This document shows, in pieces, positions 29,624-44,163 of a stretch of DNA of 64,000 nucleotides. The position numbers were made by a program, and so were the translations under genes. The notes beneath the pieces were generated by a model. That model was given only the letters and a program-made list of their open reading frames with translations. It was not told the DNA's origin and did not search any database. The stretch comes from Eledone cirrhosa (taxonomy: Eukaryota), in the NCBI GenBank assembly GCA_964016885.1, contig OZ024746.1:56110001-56174000 (forward strand), given 5' to 3'. How positions within the stretch are numbered: position 1 is the first letter of the stretch; each line of letters begins with the position of its first letter.

Positions 29624-29690
29624 ACTAGAAGAGGTAAATATTTAAATCGTATTTTAATTTATTTGAAAGATTGTTTAATGTTTACTTGTT

Positions 29691-29729
<39 letters not shown>

Positions 29730-29943
29730 GTACCCTTGAAATATATATAATAGAATAAATATGGTTTTATAAATATAATTTCCATTTATTAATATCATTG
29801 ATATATATATATATATATATATACACTACAGGCGAAAACATCCCTATGATCTTTTCCACCAATCAAAACAACTCATATTGACGAACATATGAACTTCCGA
29901 CTTTACCATATAACATGTATTCATTTTACCCTATCATTTTAAA

Positions 29944-30030
29944 GGGTCCGGCGAGCTGCCGATTATAGAATCGGGTAAGATCGATACAGATCGAACCTTG
30001 AGCTGACCAGTGGCGAAACGCGCGTCACCT
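29944..30030 (+). ncRNA. HHR-like fold with variant core and branched stem II
   Basis: GGGT-CCGGCGA-GCTGC..[CCGATT/AATCGG; TCGAT/ATCGA]..GTGGC-GAAA-CGCGCG-TC-ACCT. Confidence 0.5.
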
Positions 30031-30170
30031 ACCAATAAATGTAATGAAGGAGTAACCAATCATCCTTGTTATCCTTTCAATATATATATATATATATAAC
30101 TATACGTGATAACAAATTATTGTTATAGGTAGTCCACTTAGATGTAGGCCAGTTAGGGTACTATATATAT

Positions 30171-30677
30171 CGCTGCCATGTCCTGCATCCCAACAGGCCA
30201 TTGTCTGTGCTTAGGGTATCAACATACGTTAACCTTGGTCTTCCTCTTCCAGTGTGTCCATGTAGGGGCTCCCACAGGACCACTGTGTGCAATGTCAAAT
30301 CTGGATGTCGGTGAGCATGTCCAGCTAACCTCAGTCTCCTCTGTGTCACTTTTGAACTGACGTTTAGGAGGCTCCCATACAGCTCTGAGATTTTCATCCG
30401 CAGTGTATACTGATTAATGTTCAGAGTCATCCTCAGCATTCTCGTTTAGCACCCATCCACCATCTGAGTGAGTTTATTGGTCAGTGTCCAAGTCTGAGAC
30501 CCGTACAGCAGCACAGACTCCACTACAGCAATGAAGTGGCGGATTTTCAAGTCTTTACGAAGGTCCAACTTCCACACCGATCTCAAGCTGTTGGAGACGC
30601 AGGACATGGCAGCGGCAATGAGGGACAGAGACCGTTGGAGAGAACTCGTTCATGGATCTCGGGAATTTTACCCGACC
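30171..30677. mobile_element. RTE-like LINE 3' fragment with internal inversion
   Basis: 30171-30600 minus (RLRLAGHAHR, GRPRLTYVD); 30601-30677 is the extreme 3' end in plus; same family as 57997-58436. Confidence 0.8.
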
Positions 30678-30861
30678 TAGAATATATATATATATATATA
30701 GTATTAGTTATACTATTTATGGTTATGTAAATACAAAACCTTATGCACTTATAAGTATTTTACACACACCCTAAATAGTGGTAGGCAGTAATGTATTACT
30801 ACCTTATTACCAGTAAGTTAAGTAGCTCAATGTAAAAACATCAGATGATTTACAGAGCAGT

Positions 30862-32021
30862 TATATGAAATATAAGAATCAAAGAACTGTTCAAAACATT
30901 ATTGTGCTTACAGCTGTTTCCTCCAAACCGAGGTTTGGATTCTTCGGAGCAATTTATTAATGCATGGACAGTTATATGACCTCCTTTTCAGCCGAGAGAC
31001 ATACCGATACATATTCAAACATTGATACATATTCAAACATTGTGGGTCAACATTCATTATATAATTTAGAGTGGCAGTACACACTTCGAGATTACATTTA
31101 TATTAAGAGGTACAATCAAAAATCAAAAATACAGGTTAAAATACAACATGAAGATAGGCGGTTATATAGTGCAAATGTTATATGTGTGGCACGCATGTGC
31201 GTCTTGTTTATATAGTGTGGCAGAGAGATATGTGTGGTAGAGGCACTTAGGTAGGTAAACAAGAGTGTTAGGTTGGTAGATCTGGTGGCAAATTCTTTAT
31301 ATGATTGATATAGTCTGTGTGTGGAGAAATGTTATAAGCATTAAAAATAGTGCAAGCATTAAAAGTATTTTGTCAAACATTAAAAGTGGATTGTCAAACG
31401 CTCAATATCGGATTGTCGTGGATTATGTGAGGGGCATATAATCGAAAAATACACTCCCCTGTCCATGAAAATGCCGAAGTACATGAAATACTTGACATCC
31501 CTTCGCTGTGCATCTCCAATACTTTTAACACTTTTAATGCTTGCACTATTTTTAATGCTTATAACATTTCTCCACACACAGACTATATCAATCATATAAA
31601 GAATTTGCCACCAGATCTACCAACCTAACACTCTAGTTTACCTACCTAAGTGCCTCTACCACACATATCTCTCTGCCACACTATATAAACAAGACGCACA
31701 TGCGTGCCACACATATAACATTTGCACTATATAACCGCCTATCTTCATGTTGTATTTAACCTGTATTTTTTATTTTTTATTGTACCTCTTAATATAAATG
31801 TAATCTCGAAGTGTGTAGTGCCACTCTAAATTCTGTAATGAATGTTGACCCACAATGTTTGAATATGTATCAATGTTTGAATATGTATCGGTATGTCTCT
31901 CGGCTGAAAAGGAGGTCATATAACTGTCCATGCATTAATAAATTGCTCCGAAGAATCCAAACCTCGGTTTGGAGGAAACAGCTGTAAGCACAATAATGTT
32001 TTGAACAGTTCTTTGATTCTT

Positions 32022-32034
<13 letters not shown>
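30862..32034. mobile_element. Fold-back PLE 3' end: ~505-bp arms (30862-31369 / 31518-32034) around a ~150-bp spacer
   Basis: Arms near-identical in reverse complement; spacer encodes RGLCEGHIIEKYTP, resembling a GIY-YIG C-terminus; one HHR fold per arm. Confidence 0.85.
31944..31990 (+). ncRNA. HHR fold with CCGAAGA core (mirror copy at 30905-30951, minus)
   Basis: TGCT-CCGAAGA-A-TCCAAAC[CTCG]GTTTGGA-G-GAAA-CAGCTG-TA-AGCA. Confidence 0.65.
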
Positions 32035-32075
<41 letters not shown>

Positions 32076-32224
32076 TGTATCCCGGATTCAATCGGGGGTA
32101 ACCACAATAAGTAAAGTACTCAATGCGTTGCAGAGTGTACATATTTGATATAGAAAGGGCTTCTACATGTCGAGAAATGTTTCATTCGGAAGAATCAAAC
32201 CGTACTCGTACTGTAGAAGCCATT

Positions 32225-32285
<61 letters not shown>

Positions 32286-32831
32286 AATATATATATGTGG
32301 GCAAACAGCTACACATACAGATGTATGAACATATGACTATATCTGCGTATTTGCGCACACCACAAGCGGTTCGATATATATAGATCAACAACATATATGC
32401 ACAGGTAGCTATATGATCGGTAGAATATAACGAACATGTCCACACTGTTGTGTGTGGACCAAGTAAAATAATGAACTGATAATTAAATAAAGAAATGATT
32501 TCATATTTGTATTGAAACTGCGTTGTAATATTAGATCCATCTGATGTTTACCTCCTATTGTACTTACAATTTGCCACCTGAATAAGGCTTCAGAATTAAT
32601 CAGGGCTGATTCCAATAAATTTGCTAAGGAAAGGCATTCTTTGCAATTTATTTTTAATTATATGGTATCATTAGTTTAATGAATTGGAAATTTAATTACA
32701 AGGAATTAATTTTGGTTTAGAGATATTTGGCAACTGAAACAAAGATGTACGTCTGCCTATGTATATATGTGTATGTGCATGTATGTATATGTATACACAT
32801 ATACATACATACATGTATACACACACACATG

Positions 32832-32894
<63 letters not shown>

Positions 32895-32904
32895 ATGTGT
32901 GTGT

Positions 32905-32974
<70 letters not shown>

Positions 32975-33587
32975 ATGTGTGTGCATGTATACACGCTATC
33001 ATAATCGCGAACAAAATGACTCGAATATAACGCTCTACACCAACCAACCAAATACCCTCCATGCATATGTATATACACACAAACACACAGACAAGTAAAT
33101 CAGCAAACGCAAACAGAACAGGGCACGTTCGCATATACATACATTTCTATATACACCTATGTGTGTATGTACCTATTTCTCTCTGTCTCTCTCACTATCT
33201 CTCTTTAGGCATATAAAAATACACACAAACATACCTACATGCATAGATACTTGCATTCATACATATGTATGTATGCATACATACATACACACATGCCTAC
33301 TTACATACATACGCACGTACATTCATACATAAATACTTACATAGATACATACATACATACACACATATATACATACATACATGCATATTAGTAATGAGCG
33401 TATTGCGGTAGATTGTGTATTGGTTAATGATGAGGAAAGCTGAATGCATGTGAAGTGTTGCGAGCGATAAATAATTCCAGAAGGAATTTCACGTATGTAA
33501 GATGGATATAAATTGTCCTGTGTATATCATTATGTAAATGAAAGGACATGTTGAAGAATGTATTGATTTATAAGTTATATGGAAGTA

Positions 33588-33638
<51 letters not shown>

Positions 33639-34254
33639 GCTCAAAGGTATTTATTGAAGTCGATAGATTGCTAGAGAATGTGTTCGGACTGTGATTGATA
33701 CATATACATCCATTTAGTTAAGTCATATTGGGATGCACTTGTCAATAAGCTTGTTTAATATTAAGATGTCCGTAGTTATTGTGAGTTTATATTCAAAGAG
33801 AGCATACATGATATGTACCTTATGCATAACTTCAATGATGGCTATATATATGATATACATAATTGTTTCTACTTTTGGCACAAGGCCAGCAAATATCTCA
33901 GTGCATTACTGCTACTTTATTTTATCGACCCCATAAGGATGGCTCGGCGTCGAACTGGAATTTTATCCGTTATTAGCGACTTACCAAAATCTTATCTCGT
34001 GCTTTATGATCTTGCTTTGTGAGTGTTATATCACTGGTCAACATAACTATATTATTTAGTAAATACATTTGCTCTAGTGTAAACATACATTCAACAATTG
34101 TGTTAATGTCTTTAGTGATTCTCCTATTACTTCTTCTTCTTATAGTAATATATTATAAATTTTCATATGACGGACAGATAGCTACCAATCATAGTGTATA
34201 TATTGTGCACCTCACCTAATATATCTATTAGTTTTCTTAAAAGATTGAGAAGAC

Positions 34255-34570
34255 TCGTGGCTTAATGGTTAATGCGTTTGCCAGGCGGAAGTTATTTTGT
34301 GTGATTGAATCCCTGCAGAGCATTGTGTGTTTGAGTTTGGTGCTTCATTTCACGTTGGTTCATTTCCCCCAGCGTACGTATATATGTAATGCAGGAGAAT
34401 CTAGCTTATCGTTGTGTGAAATCACGTTCAAACTCTAAGAGAAATAATTGAAGGGTGTACTAGCCTGTGGAATGGTTAACATCTTGCACGTTAATTTCGG
34501 GGGCAGGCTGTTCTAATGTTCAAACAATTGGAAACTTCGCCGTCGAAATCGAGGGAAGTTCAAGTGCAGA
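34255..34570 (+). mobile_element. Old, degenerate tRNA-derived SINE-like repeat
   Basis: A-box-like GTGGCTTAATGGT and B-box-like GATTGAATCCC; boundaries approximate. Confidence 0.4.
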
Positions 34571-34695
34571 TTTGTATGCAAAAACTAACAGGTTTCCGGA
34601 AGCGTCCCTATCATAATTGTTCTACGTTATGGGGGTCGTGAAATGGCCCACGAATACGTCCAACCTAAAATCCACAAAATACATACTAAAGTTAA

Positions 34696-35020
34696 ATGAA
34701 CACTTCTTTCAAATCCGATCCAATTAATTTAGTATCAAACATCACCTTCCACGAACTTTCAACCTCTTTCCAGAGCACTTTATATAGTGACCTAAACAAT
34801 TTTAATCCTCTAATAAACATTTTGTTCTATCGGATAAAACTGACAACCTCTACGAAATCAATTCTACTTCACGCAGCAAATTATTAGAGAAATATAGGCA
34901 AGGTGACCCCACTATATATAACTCTACTAACAATCAGTCAAAATACATCGCCACAACCACGAGCATAGAAAATAGATTAGAATACCTCACGAAGAGGGTG
35001 GCTTACGTAACTCTAAAAAA
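34696..35020 (+). pseudogene. Decayed PLE ORF fragment (region N-terminal to RT)
   Basis: INLVSNITF..DKTDNLYEI..IENRLEYLTKRVAYVTLK, comparable to HFTLKDHK in element C. Confidence 0.5.
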
Positions 35021-35251
35021 CATTATTAGTTGAATTACCGTTTCTTCCCCTCTTTTTTTAGATGGAGTTGTCCACCACCATCTAAATTATGTTCCCTTGG
35101 TTTTGGTTGTCTCCTGTTTTTTCCTAGCGTTTGGTATTTTTGATTTTGAGTAAACATTTTCTGGTTCATCTTAATCGGCAGATGGTCCTGACTGCTAACG
35201 CAACGTACGCACCTGGCATGACGCTTTGTAGTAATTGGCCTTATTATTATT

Positions 35252-35445
35252 GGTGGATTGGTAGTATCGGTAGAGGGTCGGACGCCATGCTTTGACGCAT
35301 AGAGTTACGGCCCTTGCCATTCTGATTTCAAATCCCGCCGAGGTTAACTTTGCCTTTCATCCTTACGGGATCGATAAAATAAACTACCAGTAATTCACTG
35401 CGTAATTGCTAGCCTTATGCCAAAAAATAGAAACAATTATTATTA
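35252..35445 (+). mobile_element. tRNA-derived SINE
   Basis: Same family as 56475-56662; (ATT)n tail. Confidence 0.85.
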
Positions 35446-35476
35446 TATATGTAGTAACTGGCCTAAATTATTATGA

Positions 35477-35513
<37 letters not shown>

Positions 35514-35518
<5 letters not shown>

Positions 35519-35957
35519 AAATATTTCGTATCTCCAAAGAAATACAGTTTCAGGAAGCCGTAGATGTCCAGCAGAAGCCAGGGGGACAACCGTCTATGCA
35601 TTTCAGGCTTAACTGGCCTTCGTCAGGACGGTCCCTACCACCGCTTGCGACTGGTGGACTAGAAGACAGCAGAGAATATATACTTTTCTCGTCTGTGTAA
35701 TTGAGGTGATTAATCTCTTTTGCATATGAAGCTGCATAAGTTGGCTCGACTTATAATAAAAAAGAAATACGATTCGCTTCAAGCATAGCTTTATACAATA
35801 TGTGTAAATATTTCGTATCTCCAAAGAAATACAGTTTTAGGGAGCCGTAGCTATGCAAACACCGGGGGCCTAACACCCTCTGGTGATGTTCAGCAGAAGA
35901 AAGGGGGACAACCGTCTATGGATTTCACGCTTAACTGGCCTTCGTCAGGACGGTCCA
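35514..35957 (-). mobile_element. Retrozyme-like tandem repeat I: 322-bp HHR-to-HHR unit, ~1.4 copies
   Basis: Direct repeat starting at 35514 and 35801 (35-bp indel); one HHR per unit; no credible ORF. Confidence 0.75.
35589..35632 (-). ncRNA. Canonical minimal type-I HHR (second copy 35911-35954 has two substitutions)
   Basis: ACCGTC-CTGACGA-AGGC..GCCT-GAAA-TGCA-TA-GACGGT. Confidence 0.88.
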
Positions 35958-37399
35958 ACGTATATGTATATACATGTACGTACATTTTTGTACGTAGGTA
36001 TGTATATATATAACCAATGAGGTGTATTCGGATGTGTATTTCACAAGATAACTAGTTACCAAAATTTAGAAAACGCCAAATGATTATTAAATACAACGAA
36101 GGATTAATTAAAGTGATTAATAAGGAATACCGTGAGAGAAATAGGGAAGGCGGGGTGAGTAATCTAATCTCATATTACACATAAAGGAACAAATACTATC
36201 ATCCCTTCCTCACTCTTCGGTTTGAATACAAAACTGATCCACTTAAAATTTCTAAAAGCCCCATTATTATTTGATGTGAAATGAATCCGGGAATTCGTGT
36301 TATAATGCGGTACATAAAGGAGTGTATAAACGAAATATAACTTCATTAGGAGAGTCTATTTCTCAGTTACCAACCATGAAAATTGTTTCCCACTTGGTTG
36401 TATCGTTGAAATAGCTATATAATATAAACACGAGAATGTTCTACTCTTGAAGCAATGGTGCATTTAAATCTTGACCTTCAGAGGTCAGCAGGCAAACTGC
36501 TGAGTCATGGATTAATGGATTCTATTATATTTCTTTTAAATCTTGGATGCAAACATTCCGTGCCTCTCGGTCCTTTTTGTCCGCTAAATCGCCACCTCTC
36601 CGCTTTTCCAACCAACCTTAGTATCATTTACTCCCACACACTCTAACTAACCCACACATTGATAAAACGATTTTGTTTGGGAGGGGGATACTTCAAAAGA
36701 TTTGAGCTTATCCAATAAAAATAAATTAATGTCGTTGGAGATTAATTTAGATTTTTGCTCATATTTTATTTTATTTTTGATTTTGTTTTTTGTTTTCTTT
36801 CGTTATTTATGGCAATGTGATTTTTGTCAAACCAATAAAATTTTTTCCTTAATTGCCGCCGAAATTTCTATAGAGTACTACATCATAATTCACTGAGCGA
36901 AATCACACACAAGTAAACATACTGAAACACACAAGCACACACTACACTTGCACAGATACAACCAGCCGTCAATCGTGTAGTTTAATTATCAGAGACACCC
37001 GGCACACGCACAAAGGCATGACATCGTCCATCTATTATGGAGTGACATACCGAACCTCACAGAAATACACTATCACATCCTACGTATACACAAATACACC
37101 CAGCATTCCAGCTATTATTATGTGATTGTTGAAGACCACCATTTGCTTTTATATTGCAAGCATTTTAAATAAGTCAAGAAAGAAATTATATTAAACACAT
37201 GTCCCTCACATTTTTCCTCACTTAATATTCTCCCTTTCCTCTTTGTCACTGTTATTCTGACTCTCCTCCTGTCTCACTCACACACTATCACAACATACCA
37301 CCATCTTCTCCACAACTCCCTTTCTCTCTTACTAATTGCATATACACACACACCACACACACATTTATATATATATTTATAATATATATTCATAAATAC

Positions 37400-37557
<158 letters not shown>

Positions 37558-38649
37558 GGGGGGGGTATATCTAACTTACTTTTTTTTATTTTCTGTATAT
37601 CTCTCAACCTCACTATATTAATTTATATTTCTCTGTCTCTCTTCCATCTCTCGCTCGTTCATAACAACAGAGAAACAAACAGTTTCTCTTATCTTTGCTG
37701 TAGAGATGTGGGGGTCTCCGTCCTATGATTTAGTCATTCTTACTACGCTGTTTTAACGCCTTATTGTTGGTTTTGACGTTCCTTTGAAATCCGTTAAACC
37801 AGAGATTGAGTTATCATCCTATCTGTTTTGTATCTCAAACATATTAACGTTGAAAACATTATATTTCGGAAACGAATACAAAAACACAACAATCAAAAGA
37901 AAAAATAACTAAATCCCCGCAAGTATTCATAGTATTCTGGTTTAAATACTAAAACAATAAGCATTTTCTTTTTTTCATGTCGAGCTAACCAACAACCAAT
38001 AGCTAGCAAGTTATTGATGTAAATTCCTTACAAGGGAATTCAATCAATAATACTGAGAACCAAGGACTTTCTACACATGTCTAATAAACATCAGTTTTTA
38101 GTATATCTCAACTACCAAAAATATGAATACACAATATTATCGGAGCTTGTATTCGCTAACGAAGATTTGTGAAGCAGAGTTACCCATATCAATTGAAGTC
38201 TCGCTGATGGTTAATTGACAATATAGGAGAGGTTGATCAGAAGGCAGAGTGTGCAAGGTAATTTCATTTCTGGTTTTAATGTTTCTGTGTTACGTTTTGT
38301 AAAGTGCGACCTTCTAGGATAACAAGGAGAACGAAATACCATTTTTGGTAATGTTTAGGTACCATGGTCGTAATAAAATACTAAACATACTTTAGAAAAC
38401 ATAGGAGGAACATATCTGGAAAGAATATAGTTTTTCATCAATTTGTCAGATTTTTGTAGACACGGTCACTAACATATGAGCAAAACACACCCCACCAATA
38501 TCTACAAACAAAATTAAATTCAGAATCCTCCCAAACAGAACACTTTAATCAGAAAAATAAAAAGAACCAAAAAAATATCAACAAATTAAAATACTGCTAA
38601 CAACATATACTGCTAAAATACTGCTAACACACATATTCGACTGCTATCG

Positions 38650-39320
38650 CACTGCCCGAAACAAAACGAATATAGCATCCAACATTGCATGAAGCCCATC
38701 ATCAATAACCAGAGAAGAGCTGAGTACTGCGTCATTGGGAATATCAAACTCAATCTGAAAGTGTTCTTTTCACGTACGAAAGGTCTGTCTCCACTGTTGG
38801 ACCTCTGATTGATGAACATTGCACTCTCCAAGTCAATGATTAAACCATGGGTGAGATAATGTAGAGACAATACAGCTATCTTTTCGGCAATCCTGATAAG
38901 GCTGATCTGGGTTGTATCAGTGATATAAACTATATCGGACATAAAATAATTTAAACACAATTCAACAGTTGGCCCCGATAATTTCCCATTAAGGTATTTG
39001 GGAGGATGCTGAGATCACGAATAACTCACTTTCTTGAAAGGAACTATCTGCTGAACTCCGGCCACCATGGGTTCCGTAATGGAAGGGACTGCATAACACA
39101 GGCCCTGCATCACTTTGATGACATTTTAAGAGTTTGAGAGAGGGCTCCAACACTGATGTCATCTACCTTGATTTGACAGACAGAGCCCAGCATGTTGTAT
39201 TCGAAGGAGTACAATACGATCCAGCCAAAATTAGTTGTGGCGTTCCACAAGGCACTGTATTGAGCCCACTTCCTATCATTAACTTTATAAATGGCCTTAC
39301 TCACATCATCAGGCACAGCA
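38650..39320 (+). pseudogene. Highly deleted CR1/L2-type LINE relic
   Basis: NIKLNLKVFFS, TVGPLIDE, DVIYLD, SCGVPQGTVLSPL. Confidence 0.65.
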
Positions 39321-40602
39321 ACGGATATGTCTCCATAAACAATAACTCTCTAATTGAGTGGGCCATGGTTTCCAAATCCTTATTTGAAAGACTTCACCAG
39401 GTAATACTATTAAATTAGACATGACCTGGGACAATACTGGCCTAAACCTATCAAAGTAATTAGCACATTAATTAATGTTTGGTTTTTTCACCAATCGTTG
39501 ACCCATTTATATTTATGGATTGCATAGAAAATAGAGGACATATATGATTAAAGGATAGTCTGCCAATTCAGTGTTATTGTAATGGCAAAACATACTCTAA
39601 TGTCGTACAGACAGCAATGATACGCATTGCAGGTTGTATTGCCTGATGGTGTGAGGTGTGATTTGTTATGTGGCGACAGAAATACTACTGTCCTTAGAAA
39701 ATTATTTTCATTAATCTCAACCAAAGATTCTGCTGCTACAGAAGTCTAGGAGTATTAAACTCTGTGTCAGTAATCATTGACCGGAAACCAGTGTAGCGTG
39801 ACGCAGAAGACTTAGAAGGTTAAATCGCTATAGAGGCTTACAAATTGCAAAAAAATAAAATATAAAAGGTTATTAATAGTTATAAATATCATAAAGTTTA
39901 CACAATTCATAAGATTAACAGAACTTATAAAATTTGTTAAATTTACAACAATTGTAAAAATTATGTTTGAGTTATGCATTCGGTAAATTAAGAAAAATGA
40001 ATTAGGAAGAATAGGATAAGAGAAAATTGTTGAGAAATATAAATATTAAAGTGTTGACAGTGTATATTTACAATGATCGTTAATTTTAAATTCTAATGTC
40101 AATGATTTTTGAAAGTAAAATATTGAATGGTTAAGTGTAATCAAATCATTTCGTACATATATTCGTTTGTGTTATGAACGAAAATGCGGGGCAGTGCAAC
40201 CTTGACTCGCATGACAGTTCTCCTTATGTCCACAAAATCCAACGAAAATAAGTTACTATTGACCGATTTTATTTGTATAAGTAAGTAATGGGTGTGAAAA
40301 TTAATTAACTGATAAATAAATTGCAAGAACTCAAATTATAGAACATATTGAATAGAAGGGTCATTAAATATATTAGATTGTCGGTTATGTGATACTATTT
40401 GAATATCTAACACCATTCCTATCCCAGACACGGGATACCACATAACGATGGGTGATTCGGATAAGGTCATGGGCTTTAATTTATTGCATCATCGTTTATT
40501 AAAAGTAATCAACAATGCAACGTTTATATATATATAGTGTGATTTCATGTGTGGGCAACTGGTGAAAATGTATATATGTATATATAAATTTATATATATA
40601 TA

Positions 40603-40649
<47 letters not shown>

Positions 40650-41108
40650 TAAACGGAATAGAAAATGCTGACAAATTGTTCACAGTTGAAAAATGGTTTA
40701 ATTAGGAATAAAAGAGTATTAGTGATTGTATGGGTTAGTATTCAGTTGTGGTTTGAAGTTTTTAAGTTTTTACCGGTTGCGCATTTCTAAATGCTTTTCA
40801 AAAATAATTTTGAGATAGAGTGTCCGTGCTGTTTGCTCTGATCTGATTAGTTTGGGGAATTCTACCTGTTTTTATGTTAAAAAAGTGGCTCCAATTTGCA
40901 AAAATTCTTATGGTCAAAACAATTTTGATTGGTCGGTAGAGGTCATGTGAATGTAAAAAATTGATTTTCCGCCAAGACTGTTTTTATGTTAAAAAAGTGG
41001 CTCCAGCAAAAATTCTTGTGGTCAAAACAATTTTGATTGGTCGGTAGAGGTCATGTGAATAAAAAATTGGTTTTGCGCCAAGATTGAGAAATGACTCTTT
41101 CACAACAA

Positions 41109-41170
<62 letters not shown>

Positions 41171-41239
41171 TAGTAGTAGTAAGGTGTTCGATGTTGTGAT
41201 AATGGTTAGCAGCGATGAGTGTCAAATGGCTATTAAGAT

Positions 41240-41299
<60 letters not shown>

Positions 41300-41719
41300 G
41301 CGTGTGTATAGCAGAGTAATTCGTGGTGGCAGGGATGGTCAGTAAGAATGTGTCTGAAAGCAATGGGGGGTATTTTAGCATGTCAAAAGATATTTTTCAG
41401 CTTTTGTCTTATACGGAGAAGTGCGTGTGTGTGTGTGTATATATAAGTATCTTTGTATGTTGATGTACGCGTGTGTATGTGTGTGTGTATATATGTGTGT
41501 GTGTGTGTGTGTGGGTGTGGGTGGAGCAGTATTTTTTCCCCCTGGTAAAATGGTGTACATTATTCGATTTTTTCAGTAGAATCGGTTCTCTTAATAGAAC
41601 ATCAAAAATCTTAACAATAAAAGGTGTGAAATGATATTCACTATATATATATACACATACATATATTCACTATACATATATATATATATATACATATACA
41701 CATATACATATACAGTACT

Positions 41720-43540
41720 TTGGCATGTGTTAAGATGTTTTTCATTGACTTGGATTGTCTTTTGCTCTTTATGATATCGTGTGTTCGTAGAATTTGGTTC
41801 ATTCTATGGTCCTTTTTCAATACAGGGATGTTCTGGAGGATGGTGTCAAAGGCCTCATTGTTGAGGGGGTTGTCTGTGGAGATGTATGGAAGAGCTTTTA
41901 GTTTTGGTTGATTTACTTTAGGGTGTCTAAGGTCCTGGGTACTGAGTTTTAGGGCACGTTGGATTCCATTGTCAATTAGTGATACAGGGTAGTCCCTGCC
42001 TATGAGTGTGTCCTTTAGTTCTTGTAACCGTAAGTAGCAGAATGTTTTTATTGGAGACTATAGTACAGATTCTCTTGGCTAAGTTGTAGGGAATATTAAT
42101 TTTAACGTGTCTAGGGTGGCAAGAGTTGAAGGGGAGATATTGCTTGGAGTCTGTGGGCTTGTAGTATATGTCTGTTTCTATTTTTTTGTTATGGATCTTA
42201 ATGAGGATGTCGAGGAAGGGGAGTTGTTGATGGCTGTATTCCATCGTGAAGTTAATATTCGTGTTGAGCCCATTTATAAAGGTGTGAAATTCTTTAAGTT
42301 TTTCGATGTTTTCGTGCCAAAGGATGAAGCAGTCATCTAGATATCGCTTCCAGTTCCTTTCAATGTGTAAGTTGAGGGTGTTTCCAAATTTGTTTAGGAC
42401 TTTAGTGTAGAGGGTGATTTACAGGTATCCCATGACTAGGTTGGCATAAGTGGGGGCTGTTTTCGTTCCCATAGCGGTCCCAGATTTCTGCCTGTAGGGT
42501 TTGTTATTGAAAACGAAGTAATTGTTCTCCAAGATAAATTTGAGTCCCTCTATCACGAATTCTTTTTTGATGCGTTGTGGGAGTTCATTGTGGAAATTAT
42601 CCAGCCAGAATTGGATAGCTTCTATTCCTAGTTTGTGGGGGATGTTGGAGTATAGGTTGACTACATCGAACGTTACTAGTAGGGTTTGTTCAGAAAGTGG
42701 CATATTAAGGAGGTGATTGAGCATATCTAGGTCGTCCCTTATATAGCTTTTGATGTGCTTGAGGAAGGGTGTGAGAAGGGTATCAATGAAGTTGCTAAGA
42801 CGGTGCGTTTCGCAAGCGGGACCTGCTATTATAGGTCTTAATTTGAGATCATTGGGTGAGGGGACATTGGTGACTATGTCTGTGGCTTCCTTGCATGCCT
42901 TACTTATTGATTCGCTTTTATGTACTTTAGGGATACCGTAGAAAAGGCTGGATTTACTTGTGAAATCTGTGATGAAGCTGAATTCCTTGTTAGTGAGTCC
43001 TTCTTTGTATTGTTTGATTAGAGTTTTTAGGTTTCTCATAATTTTCTGTTGATTGTAGTTTTCAGCCTTTTCGTAGTATGTTTCGTTTTCCAAAGTGGAG
43101 AGCGTTAAGTTGATAGAGAATTCTGTCTCCATTAGGACTACTGTACTCCCTTTATCAGCCTCTTTAATTGTAATGGTTCTGTCGGTTTTTAATCTATTTA
43201 ATTCTTCCCATTCTTTCTTGTTGAGGTTTGGCTTGTGTTTTTGTCTGTGCAAGTGTTGGTAAGGGAAGTTTGTGATGTGTTCACAGAATTCGTCCAGGAT
43301 TTTATTTCTACCTTTTGAAGGGGTGTAATTGCTTCTATTTCTGGCTAATGATTCATCCTCATTGTACTGGTCGAATAGTTGTTCACTAAGTCGTTACTTT
43401 CTACAGAAGTCTGTGATGTCTTCCTTCATTGCATAGTAGTTAGGACGTAGTGGGGTCGGTGTGAATTTAAGACCTTTGGAGAGTAAGTTGATAAGGTTCG
43501 GTGTTGGTTCTGCACTAGTAAGACTAATTATTTTTATTAC
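41720..43540 (-). pseudogene. Disrupted PLE reverse transcriptase ORF (element B)
   Basis: IKEADKGST, FYGIPKVHK, LRPIIAG, TFDVVNLY, GTAMGTKTAP, KRYLDD (~42335), LPFLDI, YYKPT, SCHP. Confidence 0.92.
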
Positions 43541-43742
43541 TATCGGTTTCTCCTCCCTGTCTTGTGTTATTTTGATTGCCTGTATCTGTGTGCTGTGTCT
43601 AAAAAATGGTTGGGGTAGAGGGGTTGTCTGCTAATGTTAAGTGGTCTCCTACACACACACACACACACTTATCTTAATAGCCATTTGACACACATCGCTG
43701 CTAACCATTATCACAACATCGAATACCTTACTACTACTACTA

Positions 43743-43807
<65 letters not shown>

Positions 43808-44126
43808 TATTTGTTGTGAAAGAGTAATTTCTCAATATTGGCGCAAAACCAATTTTTTATTCACATGACCTCTACCGACCAATCAAAATTGTTTTGACCA
43901 CCAGCATTTTTGCTGGAGCCACTTTTTTAACATAAAAACAGTCTTGGTGCAAAATCAATTTTTTACATTCACATGACCTCTACCGACCAATCAAAATTGT
44001 TTTGACCACAAGAAATTTTGCAACACCAAAGTAACGCTGGAGCCACTTTTTTAACATAAAAACAGGTAGAATTCCCCAAACTAATCAGATCAGAGCAAAC
44101 AGCACGGACACTCTATCTCAAAATTA

Positions 44127-44163
44127 TTTTTGAAAAGCATTTAGAAATGCGCAACCGGTAAAA
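44127..44163 (+). ncRNA. Variant HHR-like fold in the PLE B terminal repeat (mirror at ~40768-40804, minus)
   Basis: TTT-TTGAAAA-GCATT[TAGA]AATGC-GCAA-CCGG-TA-AAA; U3-A8 type core; GCAA replaces GAAA in both copies. Confidence 0.45.
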
